Source: Candidatus Aminicenantes bacterium (GTDB lineage: Bacteria > Acidobacteriota > Aminicenantia > Aminicenantales > UBA4085). From it: 64,000 nucleotides of DNA. The notes beneath the pieces are model-generated. The model ran no database searches. It had not been told where the DNA came from and worked only from the letters and a program-made list of their open reading frames with translations. Shown here piece by piece: positions 10,564 to 20,620 of the stretch. The position numbers were made by a program, and so were the translations under genes. The stretch covers positions 607 through 64,606 of the forward strand of contig JAPKZG010000035.1 in the NCBI GenBank assembly GCA_026393895.1. The letters are read 5' to 3'. Numbering within the stretch: the first letter of the stretch is position 1; every line of letters begins with the position of its first letter.

Positions 10564-11568
10564 TTATTTTGAGGGGGGTTGCCGGAGGATTCGAAGCCGT
10601 TCCAGATCCGCCGGGTCCAGGGTCATTTTATCGAACCGTTCCGGCCGGAATAAATCCTCCGATTCCGCAAGCAGCCGGACGACTTTCTTTTGATCGCCCT
10701 TCCGGGCCGCGCTGAGAAGGAGAAGGGCCCGGCCTTCGTCCCGGAACCGTTCTTCGACGGGGACGTTCGCGGTCAAAGAAAGAAATTTTTCGAGGCTTTT
10801 GACGGCGCGTTTCGGATTGCCGGCCAGATATTCGACGCGGCCGATTTCGAGATGGGCCCGAATTTCGGCCGGATTTTGATTAAGCAGCTTTTCGAGCGTA
10901 TCGCGCGCGGAGTCGTATTCGCCGGTTTGCCGAAGCAGACGCGATAACTCATAATAGGGATCAGGGTTCCGGGGATTGGTTTCCATCGCTTGAAGAAGGT
11001 CATGGACCGACGGCGTTCCGGCCGGGGGAGGCGGCGTCACCCGATTTTCGGGAGGAAGGGGAATAGGTTCCGGCGGCGCGGAGATTACCGGGGACTTTTC
11101 AGGTTCGGATGGGAGCGTTTGCGGCGCAACCGCGGGGCTCCGGGGAGATCCGGTGAGGAGATTGTCGAGTCGGGACCTGGCTTCGCCCTGAAGGTTCATC
11201 GCCCGGAGGCCATCCCATCCGATGTGGGCGGCGGCGGCGTTTAGGTTTTCGTTTGCTTTTTCCTTCAGGCCGAGGGCCGTCCGGCAGAGGGCCAGAAAAA
11301 CATAGGCCCTGGCCTGGAGATTCTTATCCCGGGATAGGCCGAAAACCGCGATTTCCAGGTATTCGACGGACCGGTCGTAGCTGCGGGCAAAATAAGAGGC
11401 CTCACCCGTCTCGAGCCATTTGCGATAAAATGGGTCCGTTTCCTGCATTCCCGCCGGCCGGGCCAGGGCGGTAAAAAGGAGAATCGATTCGAAAAAGCAT
11501 ACCGCGACGACGCTTTTCCGGCGTTGCCTGGGTAAGGCTTCCCCTGACGCGTGTCTCATGATAAACAT
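10564..11568 (-). CDS. Tetratricopeptide repeat protein with Pro-rich linker
   Basis: TPR-like helices (PRNPDPYYELSRLL, PAEIRAHLEIG), Pro-rich centre, N-terminal hydrophobic segment. Start uncertain. Confidence 0.7.
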   Translation of the reverse strand: MFIMRHASGEALPRQRRKSVVAVCFFESILLFTALARPAGMQETDPFYRKWLETGEASYFARSYDRSVEYLEIAVFGLSRDKNLQARAYVFLALCRTALGLKEKANENLNAAAAHIGWDGLRAMNLQGEARSRLDNLLTGSPRSPAVAPQTLPSEPEKSPVISAPPEPIPLPPENRVTPPPPAGTPSVHDLLQAMETNPRNPDPYYELSRLLRQTGEYDSARDTLEKLLNQNPAEIRAHLEIGRVEYLAGNPKRAVKSLEKFLSLTANVPVEERFRDEGRALLLLSAARKGDQKKVVRLLAESEDLFRPERFDKMTLDPADLERLRILRQPPSK

Positions 11569-11674
11569 GTCGAAAACAATTATTTTATACCCCGGACAGA
11601 CCTGATTGTCAAAACCCCAATGAGAGTTCCGAATAAGGGATCTCAGAGATAAGATCCTTCGATCTTTCGTTCGA

Positions 11675-11703
11675 TTGACATCGACCGTATTCTCAGCTAT
11701 ATA
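11675..11703 (+). promoter_or_regulatory. Putative sigma70 promoter of the GT-C gene
   Basis: TTGACA-N17-TATATA, ending 21 nt before ATG 11725. Confidence 0.6.
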
Positions 11704-11724
11704 GCCAGCATCAATTATTATCTC

Positions 11725-13443
11725 ATGCGTAAGCCATTTGGAATCCGCGAAAAACGCCCATGGATAATCAATGTGGGCATTCTATTCTTCGGCGGCATTT
11801 CGATCGTGGCCTTGTTTTGGGCCAGCCCGAACGGTATCTCCTGGACTTTGGATTCCGCGCGCTATTTGGACGGAGCCGAACATATTCTCCGCGGCGAAGG
11901 CTACGGGACGCGATTCCAAAATTTCATCAATCCGATTCCCGTTCGTGATTTCATCCGGGAGATGCAGTCCCCCGCGGGTCTTCGTTTGAACCGCGATATG
12001 AATTTCCCGCCCATGTATCCCTATTGGCTGGCCGCGCTTCGCGGGATCGGACTGACGCAGGTTCAGGCGGTCAATTGGAGCGTCATCCTCTTTTTCGGAT
12101 TGAACGGAATTCTCTTCGGATGGGTTCTGAAAAAAGTCTTGAACGATTCTCTCCCCGGAGTATGGGTGGGTGTTTTTTGCTTTCTGGCATCGGAATCCAT
12201 GCTTCAGATCCATACCATCGCCGCGTCCGAGCCGCTGTTCATTTTTTTGGAGATGGCGGGCTTCCTTGGTTTGGCGGCGTTCATCGAGCGTCCGCGGTGG
12301 GGAATGCTGACCGTCGGATCCCTCGCTCTGGGTGCCGCATTTTTAACCAGATATTTGGGGATCGCGGTGATTCTTACGGGAATCCTGGGTCTATGGATCG
12401 GGGCCCCTCTCGATCGTCGCCGTAGGCTTCGGGTCTGCCTCTATTCGGCGGCGATCAGCTTTCTTCCGATGGGGATTTTTCTTCTCCAAAAACTCAGGGA
12501 AACAGGCCAGGCGACGAGTCACCATCCAACCGTAGACTTGGCGAATTTACGATCCATCGTCCTTTTGATCGAAACGATATCGAGTTGGATTTTTCCGCAT
12601 GTGTCTCGGTTGAACGCCTACCCCTTCCTGCGAATGATCGTTGTTCCCCTCGCCTTGATCGTTCTGATCGGCTTAGCTGTGATCACGACCAGATCGGTTG
12701 TCCGGAAATTCTTCAAGAAGCAACCGGGTCTCCCATCCGAACACGGAGCTGAACTCCGGCTGTTTTTCGGCCTCTTCATCCCGCTGTATCTGCTCATCCT
12801 CCTGCCGTCCGTTTGGTTTGTCGATCCGGAAACGCCCTTTGATATCCGCCTCCTTTCTCCGATATTCGTCTCTTTTTTGGTTCTCGCCTGGTGCGCTTTT
12901 GCGGAAATGATGAGTTCGAAACCGGCTCGGGGGAGAACGATATGGATCCGGGGCGGCGTGAGCCTCTATCTCCTCTGTTGGGGCTTGTCCGGCATCGTAT
13001 GGGTGGCGGCTTATCAAGTCCGCGGCCGGGAATACAACAATTTGGAATGGCGGCGGAACGAAATACGGCAGCCGATGCGCGACCTTCTCCGGGAGGATGA
13101 GCGCCTCCCGATCCTGACGAATGACGATGGGGCGATCTATTTTTTCACCCGGCGATATTCATATTGGATGAACTTTTCGAAATGGGAGAATCGGTTGGAT
13201 CTCCTCAAGGAAGAAATCGGGGAATCCGACGTTCTTCTTGTCTTTTTTAAAATGCCCGGGCGGAACCGATATGATCGCGAAATCTATGGGTGCTCTTATA
13301 ACGATGTCGCTCCGCAACTGAAAACCGTCCTCCAGCCTCGTATCCTTGTCGACAATGAGCTCATTACCGTGATGAGGTCCGAACGAAGACTTAGTCTTGG
13401 GGCCCCCCGGGAAGAGGGAGGAGAAAGGCGGTCCGGCGATTAG
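11725..13443 (+). CDS. Polytopic membrane glycosyltransferase, GT-C fold (ArnT/PMT-like)
   Basis: One TM segment, then an acidic loop (TLDSARY), FPPMYP, SEPLF, LTRY and about 11 more TM segments. Confidence 0.65.
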   Translation: MRKPFGIREKRPWIINVGILFFGGISIVALFWASPNGISWTLDSARYLDGAEHILRGEGYGTRFQNFINPIPVRDFIREMQSPAGLRLNRDMNFPPMYPYWLAALRGIGLTQVQAVNWSVILFFGLNGILFGWVLKKVLNDSLPGVWVGVFCFLASESMLQIHTIAASEPLFIFLEMAGFLGLAAFIERPRWGMLTVGSLALGAAFLTRYLGIAVILTGILGLWIGAPLDRRRRLRVCLYSAAISFLPMGIFLLQKLRETGQATSHHPTVDLANLRSIVLLIETISSWIFPHVSRLNAYPFLRMIVVPLALIVLIGLAVITTRSVVRKFFKKQPGLPSEHGAELRLFFGLFIPLYLLILLPSVWFVDPETPFDIRLLSPIFVSFLVLAWCAFAEMMSSKPARGRTIWIRGGVSLYLLCWGLSGIVWVAAYQVRGREYNNLEWRRNEIRQPMRDLLREDERLPILTNDDGAIYFFTRRYSYWMNFSKWENRLDLLKEEIGESDVLLVFFKMPGRNRYDREIYGCSYNDVAPQLKTVLQPRILVDNELITVMRSERRLSLGAPREEGGERRSGD

Positions 13444-13628
13444 AATACGTCTCGGCCTTTGAGAATCTTCGATCAATCACCCCTCGACCGGATTTCATTC
13501 ATAAGAGTAAGGAACGCATCGGCGGAGAATTCCCAACGGGCTGAATCATATACTTCCCCACCTGCTTCTCCCGGCAGGAGGGACATCGGATCCGGGCCAA
13601 GATCAGAGGAAATGATGACGCTCATCTC

Positions 13629-14912
13629 TTAAGAATCCCCTTCGTTCAGAGCCTCGGCGTAGAAACCCTGAAGACGGTCGCCCAAACGGTCCCAGACATA
13701 AAACTCTTCCGCCCTCTGGCGGGAGGCCCGGCTCAGCCGCAACCGAAGGTCCGGGTCCCGGGCAAGGGTTCCGAGCGCTTCGGCCATCCCGGTGACGGCA
13801 AACTCGGGGTTCCTGGGGGCGATTTTGATCCCCCAGTTCTCCTGGATATGGAAACCCGGCCCGGCCGAATCGAGGCAGATGACCGGAAGCCCGGAGGCCA
13901 TGGCCTCGATGACAACCGCGCCGCCTCCTTCCCGGAGGCTCGGGTAGAGGAAGATATGACTGGCCCTCATTTTCGCCCAAAGCTCTTTTTGAGGAAGCCA
14001 GGGGACGAACTGGACCTTGTCTTGAACTCCGAGGCCGGTGACGAGATCGTGCAGCCTCTGGCCTTCCGGTCCCTCGCCGACGATGGTGAATCGGGATTCC
14101 GGGAAATCCCGGGAGAAAACGGCAAAAGCCTTGATGGATTCGGCGAAATTCTTCCAGAAAACGAGCCGGCCCGTGGTCAGGACCTGAAGACCGCCGGAGG
14201 AGGCGTGGATCGCCGAGGCCGGCGCCACGTCCTCGATCCCGATGCCGGTCACGGGAAAGAAATGGATCTTGCCTTGGTATTTGGCCGGAAATTTGACCTT
14301 GGTGTCCTGATTGCAGACGAGGATCGCCCGGGCCCGCTTCATGCATCTTTGCCGCGACCAGAGGAGCTTCCGTCCGATCCATTGACTGACGCCGCGTTCG
14401 AGGTCTTCCAGCTTCCCGCTCAAGGGGTATTCCGGTAGGAAACCCTTCGGCGTCCTCTGTCCCCCCCCCATCGGCCCCCAGATGAACGGAATGGGGAGGA
14501 AGGCTCCGATGAAACTCGGCATCCAGTAGTTGGCAAAGGTGATGTGATGGGCCGCGTCGAACCGGAACCGCCGGTGAAGTCTCCGGGCGAGGAGATAAGC
14601 CCGGATCTGCCAGAAGTAATAATAAAAATGAAGGCTGACCTGGTGATACCAGAGCGAACGGGGCCAGCCCGGAAAATCGGTATAATGAAATTGAACACCG
14701 GCCATTTCCCCCTGGCTCACGGCCCGCTCGACGCCTTTCCGGTTCCGCCGCTGGGTGATCACCCAGACGTCGTGTCGCCGGCCGATCTGCTTGACCAGAT
14801 TCCAGCCGAGGACGGATTCGCCGGCTCCCAGGATCTTTTCCTCTCCTTCGAAACCGCTCGACGTCGAGGGATGACAGGCAAACGCGGAAATCAGAATCTT
14901 GGATCGCTTCAT
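13629..14912 (-). CDS. Glycosyltransferase family 4
   Basis: FLYPSLREGGGAVVIEAMASGLPV (EX7E motif). Confidence 0.9.
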   Translation of the reverse strand: MKRSKILISAFACHPSTSSGFEGEEKILGAGESVLGWNLVKQIGRRHDVWVITQRRNRKGVERAVSQGEMAGVQFHYTDFPGWPRSLWYHQVSLHFYYYFWQIRAYLLARRLHRRFRFDAAHHITFANYWMPSFIGAFLPIPFIWGPMGGGQRTPKGFLPEYPLSGKLEDLERGVSQWIGRKLLWSRQRCMKRARAILVCNQDTKVKFPAKYQGKIHFFPVTGIGIEDVAPASAIHASSGGLQVLTTGRLVFWKNFAESIKAFAVFSRDFPESRFTIVGEGPEGQRLHDLVTGLGVQDKVQFVPWLPQKELWAKMRASHIFLYPSLREGGGAVVIEAMASGLPVICLDSAGPGFHIQENWGIKIAPRNPEFAVTGMAEALGTLARDPDLRLRLSRASRQRAEEFYVWDRLGDRLQGFYAEALNEGDS

Positions 14913-14941
14913 GGTCTTCGCCTTTCCTGCCGCAAGCGCTC

Positions 14942-16180
14942 TTAACCTCTCGGTCGTTCATAGACCTTCATTAACCGCTGATAATGAAGGTCCTCGTTAT
15001 AATTCAGGACGGCCATGTCCCGGGCCGTCCGGCCCATGGCCTCGGTCCGGTCGTCGTCCTGCAGCAGAGAGGTGATCTTCTCCGCCAGGTCGTCGGCGTT
15101 TCCTGGTTCGAACAGGAGTCCCGTCTCGCCCGGACGGACCAGTTCCGGATACGCCCCGAGGTCGGAGGCGATGACCGGCTTGCCCAGAAGAAAAGATTCG
15201 AGAATGCCCATGCCGAATGTTTCATACCACTCCGAAGGAAAGACGACGAACTTCGCCTTGCTCAGGATATCCGCATAAGCGGCCTCGCCGAGGAACCCGA
15301 TGAGTTCCACGTTCTTAAGGGCGTGATCTCGGATGAACGCCTCGACGCCGGCCCGTTCCGGCCCGCGGCCGGCGAGCAGAAGCCGGCCGCGGCGGACCTT
15401 GGTCATGGCCTTGAGCAGTGTGTAAATGCCTTTCTGCCGGACCAGGTATCCGGCAAAGACGAAATAATCCTCGGAACCGTTCCCCTTTCCAGAGAACTTC
15501 GCCGCCGGCAGGAAATGGTCGATGTGGACGATCCGCTTCGGGGACAGCCCCCACTCGATCATCTTCGTTCTCAGAAACCGGCTCGGGGAGATGAAGAGAT
15601 CGATCTTCCCCGGATATAAGTGGAAGAGGGTGTGGAAGCACATGGCGCTGAACGACATGAAGCTCACCAGGAAATTCCCGTTGCAGCAGTTCTGGAGGAG
15701 GGCCTGATGATACCGGCGGCCCTTGCACCGCTCGCAGATCCGGCCCCCGGTGTAAAGATACCGGGAAGCGCAAACGAGGTTGAAATCGTGAAGCGTCTGG
15801 ACCACGGGGATCCCGGCCCGGCTCAGCCGGGTGATGAGGGACGGCGACAATTGGAAGAGGATCGTATGGAGGTGGGCTACATCGGGCCTCTGTTCGGCGA
15901 TGATCCGGTCGATGGCCCGGGCCACGTCGAAAGCGTACAAGGCGTCGGCGTAAGCCTTGGCCATCTGCGTGATCGTCGGTCGGCCTTCGTCTTCGCCCGA
16001 GAACAGGGAGAAGCGGGGCACGAAATAGCGGGAATATGGCGTCGCGAAATTCTTCGCGTAGCGTCCGGCAAATGGGATCACCTGATGGCCGTGCCTTTCT
16101 AAAAGACTGTTCGTTTCCATGAACACGCGCGAAGCCCCGCCGGTGACGAAATAGTACTTTTCCGCCGCCAGGATTTTCAT
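14942..16180 (-). CDS. Glycosyltransferase family 4
   Basis: PSEWYETFGMGILESFLLGKPVIAS; TLHDF..C motif. Confidence 0.9.
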   Translation of the reverse strand: MKILAAEKYYFVTGGASRVFMETNSLLERHGHQVIPFAGRYAKNFATPYSRYFVPRFSLFSGEDEGRPTITQMAKAYADALYAFDVARAIDRIIAEQRPDVAHLHTILFQLSPSLITRLSRAGIPVVQTLHDFNLVCASRYLYTGGRICERCKGRRYHQALLQNCCNGNFLVSFMSFSAMCFHTLFHLYPGKIDLFISPSRFLRTKMIEWGLSPKRIVHIDHFLPAAKFSGKGNGSEDYFVFAGYLVRQKGIYTLLKAMTKVRRGRLLLAGRGPERAGVEAFIRDHALKNVELIGFLGEAAYADILSKAKFVVFPSEWYETFGMGILESFLLGKPVIASDLGAYPELVRPGETGLLFEPGNADDLAEKITSLLQDDDRTEAMGRTARDMAVLNYNEDLHYQRLMKVYERPRG

Positions 16181-16291
16181 TTCAAATCAGGGATTTTGCT
16201 CGGAAACGATCGTCTTTCTCACGAAAGAATGATATTCCTCATCACGGGCCAGCGTCAACCTCGTGAATAAGGATTCGGATCTCTTCCATCC

Positions 16292-16414
16292 GTCGTAGCT
16301 GCGGGCGAAATAAAAGGCCTCACTCGTTTCGAACCGTTTGCGATAAAATGGATCCGTTTTCTGCATTCCTGCCGACCGGGTCCGGGCGGTAAAAGGAGAA
16401 TCAATTCGAAAAAG
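16292..16414 (-). pseudogene. Decayed partial copy of the 5' region of the TPR gene (11374-11497)
   Basis: Hand alignment of about 124 nt shows 13 substitutions and one 1-nt gap; translates to AGMQKTDPFYRKRFETSEAFYFARSYD. Confidence 0.85.
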
Positions 16415-16427
16415 AATGCCGCATCCC

Positions 16428-16492
16428 CTCACCTCTGAAGGGGAGGGGAGACGAGAAAAAGTCACCCCTGGATTCATCCGGTCGGACGATTG
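16428..16492. repeat. Dispersed intergenic repeat, copy A (copy B at 25947-26011; partial copies at 2473-2496 and, reversed, 38200-38218)
   Basis: CTCACCTCT(G/A)A(A/G)GGGGAGGGG...GAGAAAAA.TCACC...TTCATCC...CGGACGATTG; 50/65 identical to copy B by hand count. Confidence 0.75.
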
Positions 16493-16570
16493 TTAAAAAA
16501 ACCACCTCGGTCCATTATGATAGGCGTAGGATGGAATTTGGTCGTATGGAGAGGTGCGGACTTTCCTTGC

Positions 16571-16582
16571 GGCGGTAGCTTG
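16571..16582 (+). promoter_or_regulatory. ops-like element (RfaH/NusG-paralog recruitment site)
   Basis: GGCGGTAGCTTG matches GGCGGTAGnnTG and ends 12 nt before the wzx ATG. Confidence 0.55.
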
Positions 16583-16594
16583 TAAAAAATCGAC

Positions 16595-18157
16595 ATGAGC
16601 ATCAAGAAATTATCCGTGATGGGGACCGGGCCAGATCTCGGATCCCGGCGGCTCGTGAAAAACACAGGTCTCAATTTACTGGGGCTCATCGTCCCGGCCC
16701 TGATCGGTCTGGTAACGGTTCCGGTCGTGATCCACTGGCTGGGGACCGATCGGTTCGGGCTTTTTTCGATCATTCTGGCCGTGTTTGGATATTTTGCTTT
16801 GTTCGACCTGGGGCTCGGGAAGGCGTCCATCAAATTCGCCGCGGAAGCGATGGGGCGGGGCGAGACTGCCGATTTGCCCCGGATTATCTGGACAACGGTC
16901 GGTATGCAAACGGTCTTCGGACTCATCGGAATGGCGCTCATGATCGCCGTGACCCCGTTTCTCGCGGAACACATCCTTAAGATTTCAGCGGCGAACATGG
17001 CCGAGGCGAAGGCCTCACTCGTGTTGATGGCCTTATCGCTTCCGTTCGCGATCATCACTCCATCGATCCGAGGCGTTCTTGAAGCCGGCCAGCGCTTTGA
17101 CCTGGTCAACGCGGTCAAGATCCCGACCAACGCGGTGATTTACATTCTTCCCCTGATCGGGGCGCCGTTGGGAATGGGATTGCGGGGGATCGTTCTTCTT
17201 TTAACCGTTTCCCGTGTCGCGACGATGTTCGTTTGGATCGGGCTCGCCGTCCGGGTTTATCCGGTCCTGCGGAAACGTGATTTCCTTCCTCGGGCGAGGC
17301 TGCGGACGCTGTTCAGTTTCGGCGGATGGAACGCTCTTTCGAGTTTTGTCTGGTTTATTCTGGTCTCCGCCGACCGGTTCGTCATCGGCACGTTGCGGGG
17401 TATGACGGCGGTCGGATATTATGCGGCCCCGGCCGAGGCTACGGGCCGGATGAGCATGCTACCCGGAAGCCTGGCCTTGACGCTGTTTCCCGCGTTCAGC
17501 GCCCTCGAGGGCGGGGGGGACGCCGAACGCTCGAAGCGCCTCTATACCCGTTCCCTGAAATTTACATTGATCTTTATGGGTCCGCTGACGGCGGGCTTGA
17601 TTGCCCTGGCCGGGTTCATTCTCCGCATGTGGCTCGGGCCCGTATTCGCGGTTGAAAGCCGTTTCATTCTCCAGATCCTGGCCCTGGCGTTTTTGATTTC
17701 GGCGCTGGCCTATGTTCCCTACAGTTATCTCCAGGGCTTGGGTCGGGCCGACCTTCCCACCAAGTTCCAATTGATCGAATTGGTTGTCTTTGCCCCGGCG
17801 CTGTGGTTTGGCGTCGAGTTTTTCGGCCTTGGCGGTGCGGCGATCGCCTGCACGTTGCGCGTTCTCCTGGACCTCGGATTGCTGTTGGCCGCCACCGGCC
17901 GGGTTGGGGGGATTTCAGCCCGGCGGCTGGCGGATGCGGGAATCCTCCGTATCGGTGCCGCGCTCGGGATCTATACCGCCGCCCTTTTCGCCGCGAAAGC
18001 GCTTCCCGTCGCGCCGCTGGGAATCATCGTTGCCTCGGTTCTTTACGTCCTCTGGGCCTGGCGGTTCGCCCTCACTCCGGACGAACGGGACGGTTGGATC
18101 GGCCTCGGCCGCCGCTTTTTCGGGAAAAAAACACCCAAGGAATCCGCCGGATCATGA
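16595..18157 (+). CDS. wzx: Polysaccharide flippase (Wzx / MOP family)
   Basis: LVKNTGLNLLG, RFGLFS, FDLGL, DRFVIG, GYYAAP; about 14 TM segments. Confidence 0.9.
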   Translation: MSIKKLSVMGTGPDLGSRRLVKNTGLNLLGLIVPALIGLVTVPVVIHWLGTDRFGLFSIILAVFGYFALFDLGLGKASIKFAAEAMGRGETADLPRIIWTTVGMQTVFGLIGMALMIAVTPFLAEHILKISAANMAEAKASLVLMALSLPFAIITPSIRGVLEAGQRFDLVNAVKIPTNAVIYILPLIGAPLGMGLRGIVLLLTVSRVATMFVWIGLAVRVYPVLRKRDFLPRARLRTLFSFGGWNALSSFVWFILVSADRFVIGTLRGMTAVGYYAAPAEATGRMSMLPGSLALTLFPAFSALEGGGDAERSKRLYTRSLKFTLIFMGPLTAGLIALAGFILRMWLGPVFAVESRFILQILALAFLISALAYVPYSYLQGLGRADLPTKFQLIELVVFAPALWFGVEFFGLGGAAIACTLRVLLDLGLLLAATGRVGGISARRLADAGILRIGAALGIYTAALFAAKALPVAPLGIIVASVLYVLWAWRFALTPDERDGWIGLGRRFFGKKTPKESAGS

Positions 18158-19302
18158 AAACCGTTTTCATCGCTCTCTACCAGGCTTATCCTCCCGTTTC
18201 GGGTTCCGCCTCCGTGTCGTTTCGAGCCGCCCGCGCTTGGCCGGGCGAAAAAATCCTCTTTCAGCTCGACGACGGTCGGGCGCCGGACATCACGCCGGAC
18301 GGTCTCCCGCTCGTCAATTTTCGTCTTTCGACGGATGGGCGGCTTCGCAAGCTGGCCGGCCTCTCGACCCGTTTTTCGCGAATCTCAAGGCGAACCGCTT
18401 TGGAGCGGCCCGACGTCATCGTATTTGAAGGCGGCTCATGGGCGCCGTATTACGCGTTGCTTCATTCGATGCTCCGCCGCCGATGTCCTCGGGCCGTCTT
18501 TGTCTACCACTCCCACAATGTCGAATGGATCCTTCGCCGGGAACGGCGCGACCGGGCGGTAGTGCGAGGCGCGACGAAATGGGCGGAACGGCGGCTGCTT
18601 CGGTCCGTCGACGTCGCCACGGCCGTTTCCGAGGTCGACGCCGGGATGATGGCCCGCTTGTACGGCGTCCGTCCGATGCTTCTTCCCAACGGAATAGAGA
18701 TCGGGACCTTCGACAGGATTTCTTCCGCCGATATCGCCGCGGTCCGGGACCGGTATGGATTAAACGGACAGGAAGCGTTGTTCATGGGGCTTTTAGGATT
18801 TCCTCCGAACGACGAGGCGGTGCGGTTCCTTTTCCGTATTTTTGACGGCGTCGTCCGGATGAATCCGGGAGCCCGATTGGTCGTCTTGGGCGGGACGGTC
18901 CGGGAATCCGCGCCCTGGCTCGTCAATCCCGGAACGATCCCCTTTGCCGATGTCCCGACCGTCATCCGGAGTTCCGCCCTGGGTTTGGCCCCGGTTTTTT
19001 CGGGTTCGGGTACGAGGATCAAGATATTGGAATATGCCGCCGCGGGAATTCCGGTGGTCGCCACGACAAAAGCCGCTGAGGGCCTCCCGCTCAGAGATCG
19101 CGTCCATCTCCGGCTGGCCGACGACGAAGCCGCGTTCACTTCGGCGATCAGCGATCTCTATCGGGATCGTCCCGAGGCGGAGGCCATGGGCGCCCGCGGC
19201 TCGGCCGAAGTCCGTCGCGCCTTTGATTGGCCCGGCTTGGTCGCTCCCGTCGCGGCCGCCTGCGCCTCGCTCGTCGAAAAAAGGGCGGAGATCCGGAAAT
19301 GA
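18154..19302 (+). CDS. Glycosyltransferase family 4
   Basis: ATGA overlap with wzx; HNVE, PNEEA-like FPPNDEA, GSGTRIKILEYAAAGIPVV. Confidence 0.88.
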   Translation: MKTVFIALYQAYPPVSGSASVSFRAARAWPGEKILFQLDDGRAPDITPDGLPLVNFRLSTDGRLRKLAGLSTRFSRISRRTALERPDVIVFEGGSWAPYYALLHSMLRRRCPRAVFVYHSHNVEWILRRERRDRAVVRGATKWAERRLLRSVDVATAVSEVDAGMMARLYGVRPMLLPNGIEIGTFDRISSADIAAVRDRYGLNGQEALFMGLLGFPPNDEAVRFLFRIFDGVVRMNPGARLVVLGGTVRESAPWLVNPGTIPFADVPTVIRSSALGLAPVFSGSGTRIKILEYAAAGIPVVATTKAAEGLPLRDRVHLRLADDEAAFTSAISDLYRDRPEAEAMGARGSAEVRRAFDWPGLVAPVAAACASLVEKRAEIRK

Positions 19303-19375
19303 AGCCGCGGGTTTCTTTTTTAGCGCCGGTGAAAAACGTTAAAATGCCTTTCCTCCAACACGCTTATTATTATTT

Positions 19376-20620
19376 TTGGCAATGGTGGGCGTAAAGATGT
19401 TTTTTGTCTTCTTGTGGATTCTTGTTTGGGGAGGGATGTTTTCCGGCCCCTATAATCTGGAGATGCCGGGATTCACGTCGTCAGCCTTTAATATTTTTCA
19501 AGGTCTTCGCGCGTTGTTCCCGCTGTTAGCTCTTTATTTATCGATGATCTGGATCATTGCCAAGAAACCGGGAATGTACATCTTGAGAACGCCTTTGGTT
19601 TTCTTTTTGGCTTACGGTTTGACGGGCGTTTGCACCTCATTGCTTCTGTCGGTCAACCCCGTGGAATCGCTATATTGGGTGGGGGTCTTTTTATCCTCGC
19701 TGAGCGTGGTCTGGTGTGCGATCGAATCCGAACGGCCCCGGGAAGCCTTGCGATCGATCATTGTGATCAATTACGCTGTTTTTGTATTCATCGCGGTGAG
19801 TTTGATTCCCGAAGCCGTTCGTGTTTTTTTGGGAAGAGAATCTTTTTCCGCATATTACAAATTATTCTTCGGATTGGGCGAGATTACAAAAAACGGCGCC
19901 GGGCGGTTTGGCTTGGTGATGTTGATCCTTTGTTTTGTCCGATATATGACGACGTCCGGACGGAGAAGATACCTTTGGTTCTTGGGAGTCGGACCCGCGG
20001 CTTTCTTGGTCATGATGACCCAGTCCAGGACGGCGTTGCTCGGGTTTGCAGTGGTCGCCGTATTGTTTGTGCTGCTCTGGGGAGCGGATTGGCGGTATCT
20101 GTTTCTGGCCCCCGCGGGGGCGTTCGTCTTATGGACATCGGGGATCAAATGGAGATCCCAGGGCTCGATCGACCGGCTCTTGAGTTTGACCGGGCGAGAG
20201 ACCACTTGGCAGAAGGGTTGGGCCCAAATCGAGCATTCCCCGTTTTTAGGTTGGGGATTTAATGCCGATCGTCTTTTGCTCCGGTACGAGCACATGCATA
20301 ACGCTATTCTCCAGGCGTTAATTCAAACCGGGATTATCGGGTGTTTATTTTTCTGCCTGGTTTTTATATGGTTTTGGTGGGAGCTGATTGCTTCCGGATT
20401 GATACAAAAAACCAAGACGTTGATCGGCTCGGAGAAAGCGTTCGTCATGGAATCCATTCTCATCGTCGCGTTTATGACGGCCAGGTCGTTTTTCGAATCC
20501 ACGGCGGCGTTTTATGGTGTCGACCTTCTTCTGCTCGTACCGTCCATGGCTTATGCCATCCTAACCGTTCGAGAGAAAGCGGTTGGAATAAACGAATCCG
20601 CCGAAGAATGTGCAATATGA
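19376..20620 (+). CDS. O-antigen ligase/polymerase family membrane protein (likely Wzy)
   Basis: About 11 TM segments, TQSRT, TGRETTW, PFLGWG, HMHNAIL...GIIG; lower GC than the flanks. Start uncertain. Confidence 0.8.
   Translation: MAMVGVKMFFVFLWILVWGGMFSGPYNLEMPGFTSSAFNIFQGLRALFPLLALYLSMIWIIAKKPGMYILRTPLVFFLAYGLTGVCTSLLLSVNPVESLYWVGVFLSSLSVVWCAIESERPREALRSIIVINYAVFVFIAVSLIPEAVRVFLGRESFSAYYKLFFGLGEITKNGAGRFGLVMLILCFVRYMTTSGRRRYLWFLGVGPAAFLVMMTQSRTALLGFAVVAVLFVLLWGADWRYLFLAPAGAFVLWTSGIKWRSQGSIDRLLSLTGRETTWQKGWAQIEHSPFLGWGFNADRLLLRYEHMHNAILQALIQTGIIGCLFFCLVFIWFWWELIASGLIQKTKTLIGSEKAFVMESILIVAFMTARSFFESTAAFYGVDLLLLVPSMAYAILTVREKAVGINESAEECAI

Noticed and set aside
13400-13600. Purine-rich REP-like tracts (CCCCCCGGGAAGAGGGAGG; CCCCACCTGCTTCTCCCGGCAGGAGGG)
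   Set aside because: Too short and degenerate to assign to the dispersed repeat family by eye.
16187-16477. 96-aa ORF as a real small protein
   Set aside because: It is a chimera of the dispersed repeat and the frameshifted TPR fragment.
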